A stretch of 50,542 bases of DNA, taken from sequence record DRR723986_6288. The stretch is one strand, 5' to 3'. Shown piece after piece: positions 1-10,020 of this stretch. Both the position numbers and the translations under genes were made by a program. The notes beneath the pieces are model-generated. The model did no database searches. It saw only the letters and a list, made by a program, of their open reading frames with translations, and was not told the origin of the DNA. Within the stretch, counting starts at the first letter, position 1. Each line of letters opens with the position of its first letter.

Positions 1-1121
1 CGGATTTCATGGCTCATGTTGGCCAGAAACTGGCTTTTCGCTTTGCTTGCACTTTGCCGCCTGCGCTGTTGCACCAAGGAGTAGATGGTGAGAAAAAGCA
101 TCACGTCAATCGCACCGCCGGCAAACAGAATGAGATTCGGCAGGGAATTGTGAACGTCCCGATCAAAATCAGGCGTACTTTCAAAATGGACAGTCCAGGT
201 TCGTCCAGACAGCTCCACAGGCACAGTCACCGCATGCGAGTGGCCGAACAAACGAGATTCGACCTGACTTTCAACACCCCCAGCAGAATCGTAAATCAGC
301 GATTCGGGCGCCATATTCTCGCTGTCGTACAATTCAAAGTGAAGGGATATTTTTTCGTTGCCTAATACGTTTTGCATCAAATCAGACGCAAAAAAGGGGC
401 TGAACACAAAGCCTCGAATCGCCTGGCGGCGGGAATCCACGGAGTTCAAATCCACGCCAGTTTTATACACTGGCAGATAAATCAGGAAACCCGCTGCCGG
501 GCTTTTTCCATCACCCTGCTTTAACTGCACCAAACCCGATACAGTGGCTTGACCCGTCTCCATGGCACGCTGCATGGCCTCGCGGCGTATGGGTTCGGAA
601 AACATGTCAAAACCAAAAGCCCGCTGATTGCGTTCATCAAACGGCTCGATCAGGGTGATGGGAAAATAAACCTCGCGTTCACCAGGAGGGCTGACTGAAT
701 AATCTGGAAATCCCTCAGCACGAATGCGGTTTTCGTATTGCGCTAAAGCATCTGGTGACACATGTTCGGCAAAAGCAAAGCCTTGCACTCCAGGCAGCTC
801 ACGCTGCAAGTTCAGCGACGCCACATACACGCGCCAGTGATCACGATTGACCATGGTGTGCGCATCAAAGAACGCGACGCCACCACGCAACAACTGTTGA
901 TACTGTTGGATGCGGCTCTGGATACGTTCTTGGGCATCTCGAACCTCGAATGAAAAACGATCATTGGCGCGTTTCTCAATGGCTTCGCTGGACAGCCACC
1001 AGCCAAGTGCCGTGATGACAACCGACAAGGCCAAAACCAGCCAGGCCGTGACCTCGTTGTGAAACAGATCGGCAAAATTCTTTTTGTTGATTTGGGTGGT
1101 CACACCGCTGGGTTTTGACAT
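1..1121 (-). CDS. CHASE-domain sensor histidine kinase (5' part; runs off left edge)
   Basis: Not in the ORF track because there is no stop in the window. Manual translation from ATG 1121 (alternative 1151): MSKPSG...TAWLVLALSVVITALGWW (TM), CHASE-like segment QQLLRGGVAFF...WRVYVASLNLQRELPGVQGFAF, ending at the window edge in the HisKA H-box AKSQFLANMSHEIR. Confidence 0.88.
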   Translation of the reverse strand, partial: MSKPSGVTTQINKKNFADLFHNEVTAWLVLALSVVITALGWWLSSEAIEKRANDRFSFEVRDAQERIQSRIQQYQQLLRGGVAFFDAHTMVNRDHWRVYVASLNLQRELPGVQGFAFAEHVSPDALAQYENRIRAEGFPDYSVSPPGEREVYFPITLIEPFDERNQRAFGFDMFSEPIRREAMQRAMETGQATVSGLVQLKQGDGKSPAAGFLIYLPVYKTGVDLNSVDSRRQAIRGFVFSPFFASDLMQNVLGNEKISLHFELYDSENMAPESLIYDSAGGVESQVESRLFGHSHAVTVPVELSGRTWTVHFESTPDFDRDVHNSLPNLILFAGGAIDVMLFLTIYSLVQQRRRQSASKAKSQFLANMSHEI

Positions 1122-1209
1122 GTTCGCTACGCTTCTGCGGCTAATGCTCATGGCTCATGCCACACAGCATGCGGATCCAGTATGCGCTTAAATAAGAATT
1201 CCAGTGTGG

Positions 1210-2214
1210 TTAAAAATAAACCATCTCCCATGAATTCAACACATGAAGTGACACACCATCACGTTCTGAAAACATCTTTAACAATTCAAAAGATCTCGGA
1301 AAGTCATCCAGCAACTTGGGCATGGGTTTCAAGGCCAACGGCTCGCCCTGTTTCATCAAGGGTTGGGTGAAATCATCCCAGTGAATCAGGTACACATGTG
1401 TGGCCCCGGGAACCAACACCATTTCACGCCAATAGTTCTCGATGTACGCATGGCTTAACTTGCCCAAACCCCCCATTCCCAAAAACACATGTTTTACCGA
1501 GAAGCCTTTATTTTGACCTTCGACAAAACCTGCACTGGGTTGAATGAGTGCAAACGGGCCAGGCCCCAGGCCAGGGTGGGATACCACGAAGGAGTAACTG
1601 ATTCCCTCTTTGAACTGCAGGGCATGGGCCGGAAGAAACACCGGCTTCGTGTTGAACCCACCCGTAAAACCTGTGGGTGCATGGGCTGACTGAATCAGCC
1701 GAACTTCAAATTCGCCAAACTTTACCTGGCCACCACCTTGCAACACCTCAATCTGAGTCGACGGCAGATCTTGACCTTTGGCAATCTGCGAAGTGGATTC
1801 GGAACCCACTACCTTTGCACCGTATTCTTTGGCCAGAAACGGCGCGTCCATGGAATGGTCGTAATGAGAGTGCGCTACGACGATGCCGCCCAGTACGCTG
1901 GGCATGTTCAGACGCTTGAACATGGCTGCAGCAACCGCCCTCACCTGCGAATTATCAACGTTCAAGCGAGTCAATGCGACCTTGGACAAAGGTTGACGCG
2001 AGAAGAAACCGTCCACCAGCCAGGTGGTTTGCCCATCGGTCCATGCCATGGATGACGTTCCCAGGAACAAGGTTCGCACCCCGTTGGCAGACTTTTGTTG
2101 CAGCGGCTGCGGAAATTCAACTGTGGGGTGCGACTTCAACATGAAAACCAGTGCGCCTATGCCTACCAATGCAGATGCACACAAGGCATACAAAATGAAA
2201 CGGACAGTACGCAT
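1210..2214 (-). CDS. MBL-fold metallo-hydrolase, N-terminally anchored
   Basis: HSHYDH (HxHxDH) motif, later SAH and IHWD motifs, N-terminal hydrophobic helix. Start MRTV (2214) preferred because the longer start overlaps a terminator. Confidence 0.85.
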   Translation of the reverse strand: MRTVRFILYALCASALVGIGALVFMLKSHPTVEFPQPLQQKSANGVRTLFLGTSSMAWTDGQTTWLVDGFFSRQPLSKVALTRLNVDNSQVRAVAAAMFKRLNMPSVLGGIVVAHSHYDHSMDAPFLAKEYGAKVVGSESTSQIAKGQDLPSTQIEVLQGGGQVKFGEFEVRLIQSAHAPTGFTGGFNTKPVFLPAHALQFKEGISYSFVVSHPGLGPGPFALIQPSAGFVEGQNKGFSVKHVFLGMGGLGKLSHAYIENYWREMVLVPGATHVYLIHWDDFTQPLMKQGEPLALKPMPKLLDDFPRSFELLKMFSERDGVSLHVLNSWEMVYF

Positions 2215-2227
2215 TGGATATCCCAAC

Positions 2228-2260
2228 AAAAAAGCCACCCAAAATCGGGTGGCTTTTATT
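2228..2260 (-). terminator. Rho-independent terminator of the cytochrome gene (possibly bidirectional)
   Basis: aaaaaaGCCACCC-aaaatc-GGGTGGCtttt. Confidence 0.8.
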
Positions 2261-2280
2261 GTACGAAAAGTGCTGTTGAA

Positions 2281-2862
2281 TTACTTGGTAACCACGGCGG
2301 CCAAGTGGGCTTCTTCAACGGACATGGCTACTTTGCCAGCATGACCGTCCAGAATCTGGGCGCTCTTGCGTGTGTCAAAATATTTGTCGTAGTGGAAAAT
2401 GTAGTCTTTGTCGGCCAGCGGCAGGTGGCAACCGCGGCAGGTGGCGTAATCCACCTTGGCAGGCTGACCATTGGGTTCAAACGCTGCATATACCCAATCG
2501 CCGGTCTTCATGCCTTCCGGAGCAGTGCTGCCCCAGTTGTTGCCCTTGTACATGACAAACACTTTTTCAAGGCCAGCTTTGGTCATTTTGTCGCCGGTTT
2601 TGGTGGCTTTGTAAATTTCCATCACGCTCACTGTACCGTTGGCAAAGGCTTCGCCCTTTTTAGCAGCAGCGCCAGTAGGGTTGATGTAAATGTCACGAAT
2701 GTGGCCAGTGGGCTTTTCAATACCGGCCAGGAATACAGGCCAGGATTTGTAATCAGTGGGCTGAGCCAGTTCACCGTCTTTCGGAGCTGGGCCAAACATA
2801 CCACCAGCAGCACAACCGGCCAATACAACAGCTGCAGAAGCAGCAAGCATCAATTTTTTCAT
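2281..2862 (-). CDS. Cytochrome P460/c'-beta family c-type cytochrome, lipoprotein
   Basis: Lipobox LAGC; P460-family segments PTDYKSW, IYINP, GTVSVMEIY, VFVMYK, GDWVYAAF; C-terminal CxxCH (CRGCH). Confidence 0.8.
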   Translation of the reverse strand: MKKLMLAASAAVVLAGCAAGGMFGPAPKDGELAQPTDYKSWPVFLAGIEKPTGHIRDIYINPTGAAAKKGEAFANGTVSVMEIYKATKTGDKMTKAGLEKVFVMYKGNNWGSTAPEGMKTGDWVYAAFEPNGQPAKVDYATCRGCHLPLADKDYIFHYDKYFDTRKSAQILDGHAGKVAMSVEEAHLAAVVTK

Positions 2863-2881
2863 TTTTTCCCCTTTTTTGTTT

Positions 2882-2942
2882 GCGCAACAGTTGTTACCAA
2901 GCTAAACATAGCGCCAACCCTTGTTCTACGCAACTGTTGCGT
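2882..2942. promoter_or_regulatory. Paired palindromic operator-like sites GCAAC-W-GTTG upstream of the cytochrome gene
   Basis: Perfect palindrome ACGCAAC-T-GTTGCGT at 2928-2942 and a second copy CGCAACAGTTG at 2883-2893. Confidence 0.5.
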
Positions 2943-3143
2943 CAAGCCTTGAACAGATGCAAGGGTTTACCCTAACATCCCCCTCCAAATAGACCAACGA
3001 ATTTTAGTAAGGCCTATTCCCACTGCTTATTAACTAATTGCATTGAGAATCAAATCCTTAACCTAGATACATCCCCCGTATGGAGGAAAAAATTTAACAA
3101 TCAACCGATTGAGACCCACGCTCAATCTCATGGAGCACAGCAC

Positions 3144-3695
3144 ATGAAACGATTCCAGTCTCTCGCAAAGGCCAGCTTGGCCGCTTTCATTCTGACCACA
3201 GGCAGCAGTGTTTTTGCGGGCACCGCCAACGATGTACTGCCCGAAATCAAGGCAATCGCCGCCAAACCCGAGGTAATCGCAGCTGTCAAAGCCCAAAACG
3301 GAAAAGGCCTGACACTGGACGCGATCAAGGCCATGGACAGCAAATGGATTGCTGCATCGGGCGGTTTGCCGGAGGCCAAAGCGATGATGGAAAGCCCGGT
3401 GTCGAAAGCCCTGCTGGCCGCAGAAAAAGCGAAACCCTATTTCACTGAAACCATCTTGACCGACAACCAGGGTGCCAACGTGGCCATCAGCTCGATGACT
3501 TCGGACTATTGGCAGGGTGATGAGCCCAAATTTGTGAAAGCCTGGGCCGACGGCAAAGGCGACGACTATGTTGCCCGTGCCAAGAAAGACGAGAGCTCCG
3601 GTGCAGTGGTTTCGCAGGTTTCAGTGCCCGTCATGGATGGTGGCAAGGCGATTGGTACCTTGACCATTGGCGTGAACATTCAAGCCCTACCATGA
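3144..3695 (+). CDS. Secreted stand-alone PDC/Cache-like sensor domain protein
   Basis: Sec signal (..SVFA/G); Cache-like C-terminus [42 protein letters not shown]; no TM or output domain; paralog at 36771-37370. Confidence 0.75.
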   Translation: MKRFQSLAKASLAAFILTTGSSVFAGTANDVLPEIKAIAAKPEVIAAVKAQNGKGLTLDAIKAMDSKWIAASGGLPEAKAMMESPVSKALLAAEKAKPYFTETILTDNQGANVAISSMTSDYWQGDEPKFVKAWADGKGDDYVARAKKDESSGAVVSQVSVPVMDGGKAIGTLTIGVNIQALP

Positions 3696-3705
3696 GCAGG
3701 CAATT

Positions 3706-5352
3706 ATGGCTTCCACTTTTATGAACAAAATCATCAATACCAGCCTGAATGTTCGGCTCGGTATTGTCATGGGCATACCCATTGCGGCCTTGCTCGCATT
3801 GAGCGTGTTTGCGGTTTATCAAATTCATGCCCTGAACCAGTTCAATCAGGAAAACACAGATAAACAGGTTTCTCTGTTAAGCCAAGTGTCCAATCTGGGC
3901 AGTAAATCTGCCTTGTTGGCACGTGAGGCCCGCAATGTGATTCTTGCCGATGAGCAGGAGCGGTTCGATCTGGCCAAATCACGCATGCTGGCGCTGGATT
4001 CTGAAATTGATTCACTGGGTCAAAGCATGCTGGCCAGCGCACACGTGGGTGAAACTCGCGGCTTGATCGAAACGATCAACACCGACAATACGGCCTTACA
4101 CGCGGTGTACCAAAAAGTGATTGAACAATCCGAGTTGGGCGAAGTACAGGCCGCCACTTTGATGTTGCTGGGCGAAGGAGACCCCCTGGAACAGAAGATT
4201 GACAACACCATGAATGCCTTGAACTCAAGCGTGAAAAGCACCATGGAGGCTGCAGTGGTCCAAGGCGATTCCGTATTCCAGAATGCCCTGATCACCATCG
4301 GAATCGTGTGTATCGCTATTGTGCTGTTGTGCGGTATCACCGTGGGCTTGGTGGCTGCATCGCTGCGCAAGCAAATCGGTGGCGAACCCGCCAAGGCGCT
4401 CAATGTTGTGGCCACCATGGCGCAAGGTAACCTGACTCAGTCTGTTCCGAAATGCGAAAGTGGCTCACTGATGGACGGCATGCAACAGTTGCAAGTGCGT
4501 CTGCGGGAGATCATCAACCAGGTGTCTCAGGCCTGCAGCACGTTCAAAACCGCTTCAAGCGAACTGGTGAATGTGGCGTCAGGTTTGTCAGGTTCAGCTG
4601 AAAAACAAGCGGACAGTTCCAATGCCACGGCAGTCAGCGTAGAACAGATGAGCACCAGCGCCAAGTCAATTTCAGATTACGCCCACAAAACCGAGGTTCA
4701 GGCCAAGTTGTCAGCGGATACAGCCAAAAGTGGCATGGCTTTGATGCAAACCCTGCAAGGCAAAATGAATGACATGGCAAGTCAAATGCAAACCACCACA
4801 CAGGAAATTGCCGGGCTTGTAGAACGCTCTGACCGAATCAATGGCATCGTGTCCGTGATACAGGGCATTGCCCAGCAAACCAACCTGTTGGCCTTGAATG
4901 CCGCCATTGAAGCAGCCCGCGCCGGAGAACAGGGGCGTGGCTTTGCCGTGGTCGCGGATGAAGTACGTACCCTGGCACAAAACACCGCCACGGCGACCGA
5001 TGAAATTCGCACACTGATCGGTGAAATTTGTACCTACTCCGAACGTTCCAACAAGTCGGTAGAGCAGGTGGGTGAACACATGAGCGAAAACATGCAGTAC
5101 GCCGACAAGCTCATGGGTGGCCTTCAGGAAATTGTTCATCACTTTGAGCAATCTGTTGAATATGCGCTGGCCGTGGCCAACTCGACCAAAGAACAAGAGG
5201 CCGCCAGTGCGGATATCTCTGAGCGGGTTAGCGACATCTCGGCATTGTCGGAACAACTGAAATTGGCCAGCATGCAACTGGAGGGGCAATCCCGCCAGGT
5301 GGAGAGCATGTCTGAAGACTTGCATCGGGCCGTGTCTTATTTCAAAACCTGA
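3706..5352 (+). CDS. Methyl-accepting chemotaxis protein
   Basis: Two TM helices flanking a helical periplasmic domain; MCP hairpin [34 protein letters not shown]. Confidence 0.95.
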   Translation: MASTFMNKIINTSLNVRLGIVMGIPIAALLALSVFAVYQIHALNQFNQENTDKQVSLLSQVSNLGSKSALLAREARNVILADEQERFDLAKSRMLALDSEIDSLGQSMLASAHVGETRGLIETINTDNTALHAVYQKVIEQSELGEVQAATLMLLGEGDPLEQKIDNTMNALNSSVKSTMEAAVVQGDSVFQNALITIGIVCIAIVLLCGITVGLVAASLRKQIGGEPAKALNVVATMAQGNLTQSVPKCESGSLMDGMQQLQVRLREIINQVSQACSTFKTASSELVNVASGLSGSAEKQADSSNATAVSVEQMSTSAKSISDYAHKTEVQAKLSADTAKSGMALMQTLQGKMNDMASQMQTTTQEIAGLVERSDRINGIVSVIQGIAQQTNLLALNAAIEAARAGEQGRGFAVVADEVRTLAQNTATATDEIRTLIGEICTYSERSNKSVEQVGEHMSENMQYADKLMGGLQEIVHHFEQSVEYALAVANSTKEQEAASADISERVSDISALSEQLKLASMQLEGQSRQVESMSEDLHRAVSYFKT

Positions 5353-5368
5353 AGGGCTGCAATTCAGT

Positions 5369-5386
5369 GTGACAGATCAATGACGC
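5369..5386 (-). promoter_or_regulatory. Pho-box-like site upstream of phoX-phoD
   Basis: Minus strand reads gcGTCATtgatCTGTCAC (GTCAY at 11-bp period). It lies within an 11-bp inverted repeat TTCAGTGTGAC/GTCACACTGAA (5363-5397). Confidence 0.55.
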
Positions 5387-5459
5387 GTCACACTGAAGAT
5401 GGCTTCGGAAACCAAAATTCGGTTTGGCGGGTATTACATCTTGATGTTGTTCAATCTGG

Positions 5460-6860
5460 ATGCCCACCATGTCGTTTTCACCCGCCTTGCCTTCCAGCGT
5501 TCGCCGACGCAATCTGCTTAAAACATTTTTGTATGGCGCCAGCGCCAGTGTACTGCCTTGGATGGCCGGCTGCGGCAGTTCCGACAATCCACTGGGGTCG
5601 ACTGGGGGGCGTGTGGGAGCTTCTGAAACCAATCGGTTTGGCGGCACTGCGCTCAGCAATAACCAGTTTCGATTCCGAAACATAGGACCCTTGGGTGAAC
5701 CCGATGCCAATGGAGTTCGCACTGCGGCCGGTTTTTCAACCCGCGTAGTGGCCATCAACAGTTTGCCGCCAGCGGCCGGCGCAACACCCTGGCATATCTT
5801 CAACGACGGCGGCGGCGTGGTTCCCCGTGAAGATGGTGGCTGGATTTACTGCTCCAACAGCGAGGTTCCCGGTGTGGGCACGATTGGATTTCAGGTTCCG
5901 CAGCTGGCCCCGCTGACCAATCCGATCGAAACGCTGGTGCCCGGCCTCGGTGGCGCCAGTGCGCTGGTGTTTGGGCCAGATGGTACTGTTGAAGACAGCT
6001 ACCGCATTTTGCGAAACACCACATTCAACTGCGCGGGCGTGGTAACCCCTTGGAAGACCTGGCTCAGCTGCGAAGAAATCCCGACCGGTCTGGTGTGGGA
6101 ATGCGATCCATTTGGCATACAAGCCGCACGCCCGCTTCCGGCGCTGGGTGTATTCAGCCATGAGGCGGTGGCTATCGACAGCGAACGTCGTGTGTTTTAC
6201 ATGACTGAGGACATGCCGGATGGGCGCTTTTACCGCTGGGTTCCCACCGCAGGCGATTGGCCAGCCGGAGCCGCGCGCGCCAACATGAACCAGGGGCTGC
6301 TGCAAGTATTGAAAGTGGAGGGCGATGTGGCCGATGCATTGAATGGCCCCGTTCGCTATAGCTGGGTGAACGCAGCCAATCCGAATGCACCCCAAATGGA
6401 AAACCGCTTGCCTGAAACCACAGCATTTGATGGTGGTGAAGGCGTCTGGTACCAAAATGACCGCGTGTTTTTCACCACCAAGGGCGACGAACGACTTTGG
6501 ATGCTGAATACCACCAATCAGACCATTGAAGTGGCTTACGACTTAACGACTGCCAAAGCACCCAACAACATACTGTCAGGCGTGGACAACATCACGATGA
6601 CGCCATTTGGTGAAGTGTTGGTGGCCGAGGACGGCGGTGACATGCAAGTGGTGGTGGTGTACCCGGATGGCGTGCTGGTTCCCCTGTTGCAAATCGTTGG
6701 TCAAGACCAGTCCGAAATTGCGGGGATTGCATTCAGTCCGGATGGCCGGCGCATGTACTTCACCAGCGACCGAGGCGGCCCCAACCTGCAAGGCGGCTAT
6801 GGCCTCGGCTTGGGCATGCTCTATGAACTAATGATCCCCAATACACTGCCCAACGCATAA
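5460..6860 (+). CDS. phoX: PhoX-family alkaline phosphatase, Tat lipoprotein
   Basis: Twin-arginine RRRNLLK and MAGC lipobox; PhoX-type motifs NCAG..TPWKTWLSCEE, HEAVA, DGGEG, DN, AEDG, EIAG..FSPDG. Confidence 0.8.
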   Translation: MPTMSFSPALPSSVRRRNLLKTFLYGASASVLPWMAGCGSSDNPLGSTGGRVGASETNRFGGTALSNNQFRFRNIGPLGEPDANGVRTAAGFSTRVVAINSLPPAAGATPWHIFNDGGGVVPREDGGWIYCSNSEVPGVGTIGFQVPQLAPLTNPIETLVPGLGGASALVFGPDGTVEDSYRILRNTTFNCAGVVTPWKTWLSCEEIPTGLVWECDPFGIQAARPLPALGVFSHEAVAIDSERRVFYMTEDMPDGRFYRWVPTAGDWPAGAARANMNQGLLQVLKVEGDVADALNGPVRYSWVNAANPNAPQMENRLPETTAFDGGEGVWYQNDRVFFTTKGDERLWMLNTTNQTIEVAYDLTTAKAPNNILSGVDNITMTPFGEVLVAEDGGDMQVVVVYPDGVLVPLLQIVGQDQSEIAGIAFSPDGRRMYFTSDRGGPNLQGGYGLGLGMLYELMIPNTLPNA

Positions 6861-6893
6861 GCAGCAAATTCAAAACTTTCAGGAATACTCGCC

Positions 6894-8633
6894 ATGTCAG
6901 GTCCACGCCGCAAACGCAGTCGAATTCAAAAACGCCCGGGCATTACCCGCCGCTCATTCCTGAAAGGTTTGGGTCTTGGCACCGCCAGTGTCGGCGGCCT
7001 GGGCCTTTTACAGGGCTGCGGAAGCGACAATACCAGTGCTCTGACCGATGGTCGCACCAATCCCAACGAAGAAACCCCCACGCAGAATGTGCAGTTCTTG
7101 CACAGCGTAGCCAGTGGCGACCCCGCTTTCGACAGTGTGGTGCTGTGGACCCGCATTACACCTGAAAACACCAACCGCACCGTGGCTGGTCGCGTGGATG
7201 TGTTCAAGGACGAAGCGCTGACCATGTTTGTCAAGTCGATGGACTTTCAAACCACCGCCGCGCAAGACTTCACCGTGAAGCTGATTTGCAACGGGCTTGA
7301 CCAAGACACGGTGTACTTCTATCAATTCCGCAGCAACGGCAAAACCAGCCCGGTGGGCCGCACGCGTACCACGCCAGCCGCTGGCAACAAGCGCCCGCTG
7401 AATTTTGGTGTGGTGAGTTGCTCCAGCCTGGCGCATGGTTTTTTCAATGCGTATGCCAAACTGGCTGAACGGGATGACATCGACGCCATCATCCACTTGG
7501 GCGACTACATTTACGAGTATGGCAACGGCCAGTACGGCAATGTCCGCGAGTATGAACCGGCGACGGAAATTATCACGCTATCCGACTATCGCACCCGTCA
7601 CGCCCAATACAAGCGAGACGAAGACCTGCAAAAGCTTCACGAGCGCTTCCCGTTCATCACCATTTGGGACGACCACGAATCCACCAACAACTCCTACCGC
7701 GATGGTGCAGAAAACCACACCGAGGGAGCTGAAGGTGTGTGGGAAGAACGCAAGGCTTTTGCACAACGTGCCTACGACGAATGGATGCCGATTCGCCTGC
7801 CTGAACCCGGCAACCAAGCCAAAATTTTCCGCCGTGTTCAGTTTGGCGACATGGTTGATCTGTTCTTGCTCGACACGCGCCTGTTTGACCGCGACGTGGA
7901 AGCCGCCACACCGGTCAACCCCACCGATGGCGTGGCCAGCCAGCCCGACCGCACCATGATCGGGGAGGAGCAATACAACTTTTTGATCAACGGCATGCGG
8001 GGATCACAAGCCCAGTGGAAACTGATCGGCAACCAGGTGGTGTTTCACCAGTGGATCATCAAACCCGGTTTAAACAACCCGGCCCCCGCACAACTCGGTG
8101 AGTTGCTTGCGCCATCGGGCCTGAACGGCGACGCTTGGGACGGCTACAGCGCCGAGCGCCAGCGCATCATCAACGCCTTGCGAGGCGACGACGGTGGTGA
8201 TGCAATCAACAATGTGGTGATTTTGACTGGCGATGTGCACACCGCCTGGGTGGCCGATATCACCGACAATCCCAATCAGCCGATTGATGCGGTGGGTGGC
8301 TACAATCCCGTCACCGGGCAGGGTAGCGTGGCCACGGAATTCGTGGTCACCTCTGTGACATCGCCGGGCCTTGATCTGCCCAACCAGATCATTCAGGCCA
8401 TTCGCCTGACCAGCCCACACATTAAACACGTGAACGTGACCGAGCGCGGCTACAGCATATTGCGCGTGGCGGAGGATAAAACCACTTGCGAATACTGGGC
8501 TGTCAGCACCATTCTCGAGCGTGGTGGCTCCGAAAGACTGTCCGCCACATTCGAGGTGGCAGATGGTGCCAACCGCATTACACCGCAAGGAATATACCCC
8601 GTGGATGTGGTCACCGGCCTATTGGGTGTTTAA
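6894..8633 (+). CDS. phoD: PhoD-family alkaline phosphatase, Tat lipoprotein
   Basis: TRRSFLK Tat motif and LQGC lipobox; HSVASGDP, HLGDYIYEY, WDDHE, LDTR, DAWDGY, LTGDVH. Confidence 0.92.
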   Translation: MSGPRRKRSRIQKRPGITRRSFLKGLGLGTASVGGLGLLQGCGSDNTSALTDGRTNPNEETPTQNVQFLHSVASGDPAFDSVVLWTRITPENTNRTVAGRVDVFKDEALTMFVKSMDFQTTAAQDFTVKLICNGLDQDTVYFYQFRSNGKTSPVGRTRTTPAAGNKRPLNFGVVSCSSLAHGFFNAYAKLAERDDIDAIIHLGDYIYEYGNGQYGNVREYEPATEIITLSDYRTRHAQYKRDEDLQKLHERFPFITIWDDHESTNNSYRDGAENHTEGAEGVWEERKAFAQRAYDEWMPIRLPEPGNQAKIFRRVQFGDMVDLFLLDTRLFDRDVEAATPVNPTDGVASQPDRTMIGEEQYNFLINGMRGSQAQWKLIGNQVVFHQWIIKPGLNNPAPAQLGELLAPSGLNGDAWDGYSAERQRIINALRGDDGGDAINNVVILTGDVHTAWVADITDNPNQPIDAVGGYNPVTGQGSVATEFVVTSVTSPGLDLPNQIIQAIRLTSPHIKHVNVTERGYSILRVAEDKTTCEYWAVSTILERGGSERLSATFEVADGANRITPQGIYPVDVVTGLLGV

Positions 8634-8664
8634 GGGTTTCTGGGGTAAGATCCGGGCTGTTTGA

Positions 8665-9612
8665 TTGAACAGCCCGCAAAGCTACCCGCCCTGGATTCCC
8701 AAAGTGCCTCTGTCCAAAATTCTTCCAGCACCCGTCGTTGGTGTGCTCACTGTCACCATGATGAGCCTTTGCATCACTTTCTGGTTCATCGTGATGTTTC
8801 CCTTCATCGTGCTGCGCCTTGTGCCGGTGTACCGGGTGCAACGCGTTGCATCCAATTGCTGCGTGCAAATTGCCACCTGGTGGGTTGGCTCAGACAAGCA
8901 ACTGTACAAACTGCTGCATGGCCAACAAGGACAGGTCGAAATTCATGGCGAGTTCAAACCGCACAGCAGCTATTTGGTGATCAGCAACCACACCGCCTGG
9001 GCCGACATTGTGGTGTTGTTTGACGTACTGCATGGCCATGCGCCTTTTGGTCGGTTCTTTCTGAAGAAAGAACTGATCTGGGTCCCGATTGTGGGTGTCG
9101 TGTGTTGGGCCATGGATTTCCCATTCATGAAGCGCCACAGCCGCGCTGCCATCGCGCGCAACCCGGCCTTGGCCAGCCAGGATCTGGAAACCACCCGCAA
9201 AGCCTGCGCCGTGTATAAGGAAAGCCCGGTCACCGTGATCAACTTTCTGGAAGGTACCCGCTTCACACCCGCCAAAAAAGCCAAAACAAAATCACCTTAC
9301 ACCCACCTGCTGGGCCCCAAGTATGGCGGCTTGTCCGCCTCATTGAACGCCATGGGCGAACAGTTCGCAGGCATGGTGAATGTCACCATTGCGTATGGGC
9401 CCAGCCAGGGAAACATCACCTGGAGCTGGTTGTGCGGAAAGCAACCCCGTATGCAAGTGCATGTCGAAATTCTGCCCATTCCAGCCGACATGATCGCGGG
9501 CGACTTCCGCAACGATCTGGAGTTCAAGAACCGTTTCAAAGCCTGGATCGGTGACATCTGGACCTTGAAAGACCAACGTCTGGAGAATATGCGCCGCAAA
9601 GCCGGGCACTGA
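8665..9612 (+). CDS. PlsC/YihG-like acyltransferase
   Basis: NHTAWAD (HxxxxD), FFLKKEL, FPFMKR, FLEGTRF; TTG start. Confidence 0.88.
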   Translation: MNSPQSYPPWIPKVPLSKILPAPVVGVLTVTMMSLCITFWFIVMFPFIVLRLVPVYRVQRVASNCCVQIATWWVGSDKQLYKLLHGQQGQVEIHGEFKPHSSYLVISNHTAWADIVVLFDVLHGHAPFGRFFLKKELIWVPIVGVVCWAMDFPFMKRHSRAAIARNPALASQDLETTRKACAVYKESPVTVINFLEGTRFTPAKKAKTKSPYTHLLGPKYGGLSASLNAMGEQFAGMVNVTIAYGPSQGNITWSWLCGKQPRMQVHVEILPIPADMIAGDFRNDLEFKNRFKAWIGDIWTLKDQRLENMRRKAGH

Positions 9613-9678
9613 TTGCTGGCCCCGCTTGACAGGTTTGTTAAACTACACTTATTGCAGTTAATCGAATTGATCTCCCCA

Positions 9679-10020
9679 ATGCGTACCCGCTGGTTCCAAC
9701 ACATGCTGATCGCGCTGGCCGTTTTGGCCACGCAATGGGCAGGGCTTGCCCACAGCATTGAGCACCGGGACTCACTGCAGGCCGAGTCGCAATACGGCCA
9801 TTCACACGCACATGGGCACAGCGCTTCCAGCGATATTCTCCATTCTTGCTTGCTGTTCGATGGGCTTGCCAATGCGCAGGCTGCGGTTTCCAATCCACCA
9901 ACAGGCTGCGCTTTGCCGGTGCTGGTCGAATTGGGCAAGCCACATATTGCGACTGAAACACCTCGCAACACACTGTTTGCACAGCGTGTGCGTGTACGCG
10001 ATCCGCCCAGTTTTTCCTGA
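9679..10020 (+). CDS. His-rich secreted leader ORF (DUF2946/CruR-like) with C-terminal RDPP motif
   Basis: Signal-like N-terminus MRTRWFQHMLIALAVLATQWAGLA/H; HSIEH, HSHAHGH and HSCLLFD; ends RVRDPPSFS*; directly upstream of a TonB receptor. Confidence 0.7.
   Translation: MRTRWFQHMLIALAVLATQWAGLAHSIEHRDSLQAESQYGHSHAHGHSASSDILHSCLLFDGLANAQAAVSNPPTGCALPVLVELGKPHIATETPRNTLFAQRVRVRDPPSFS

Noticed and set aside
2095-2952. Long antisense or alternative-frame ORFs (e.g. 2095-2952, 4711-5325, 5736-6455, 9297-10073, 24568-25221, 26862-27455)
   Set aside because: They are shadows of well-supported genes and carry no motifs of their own.
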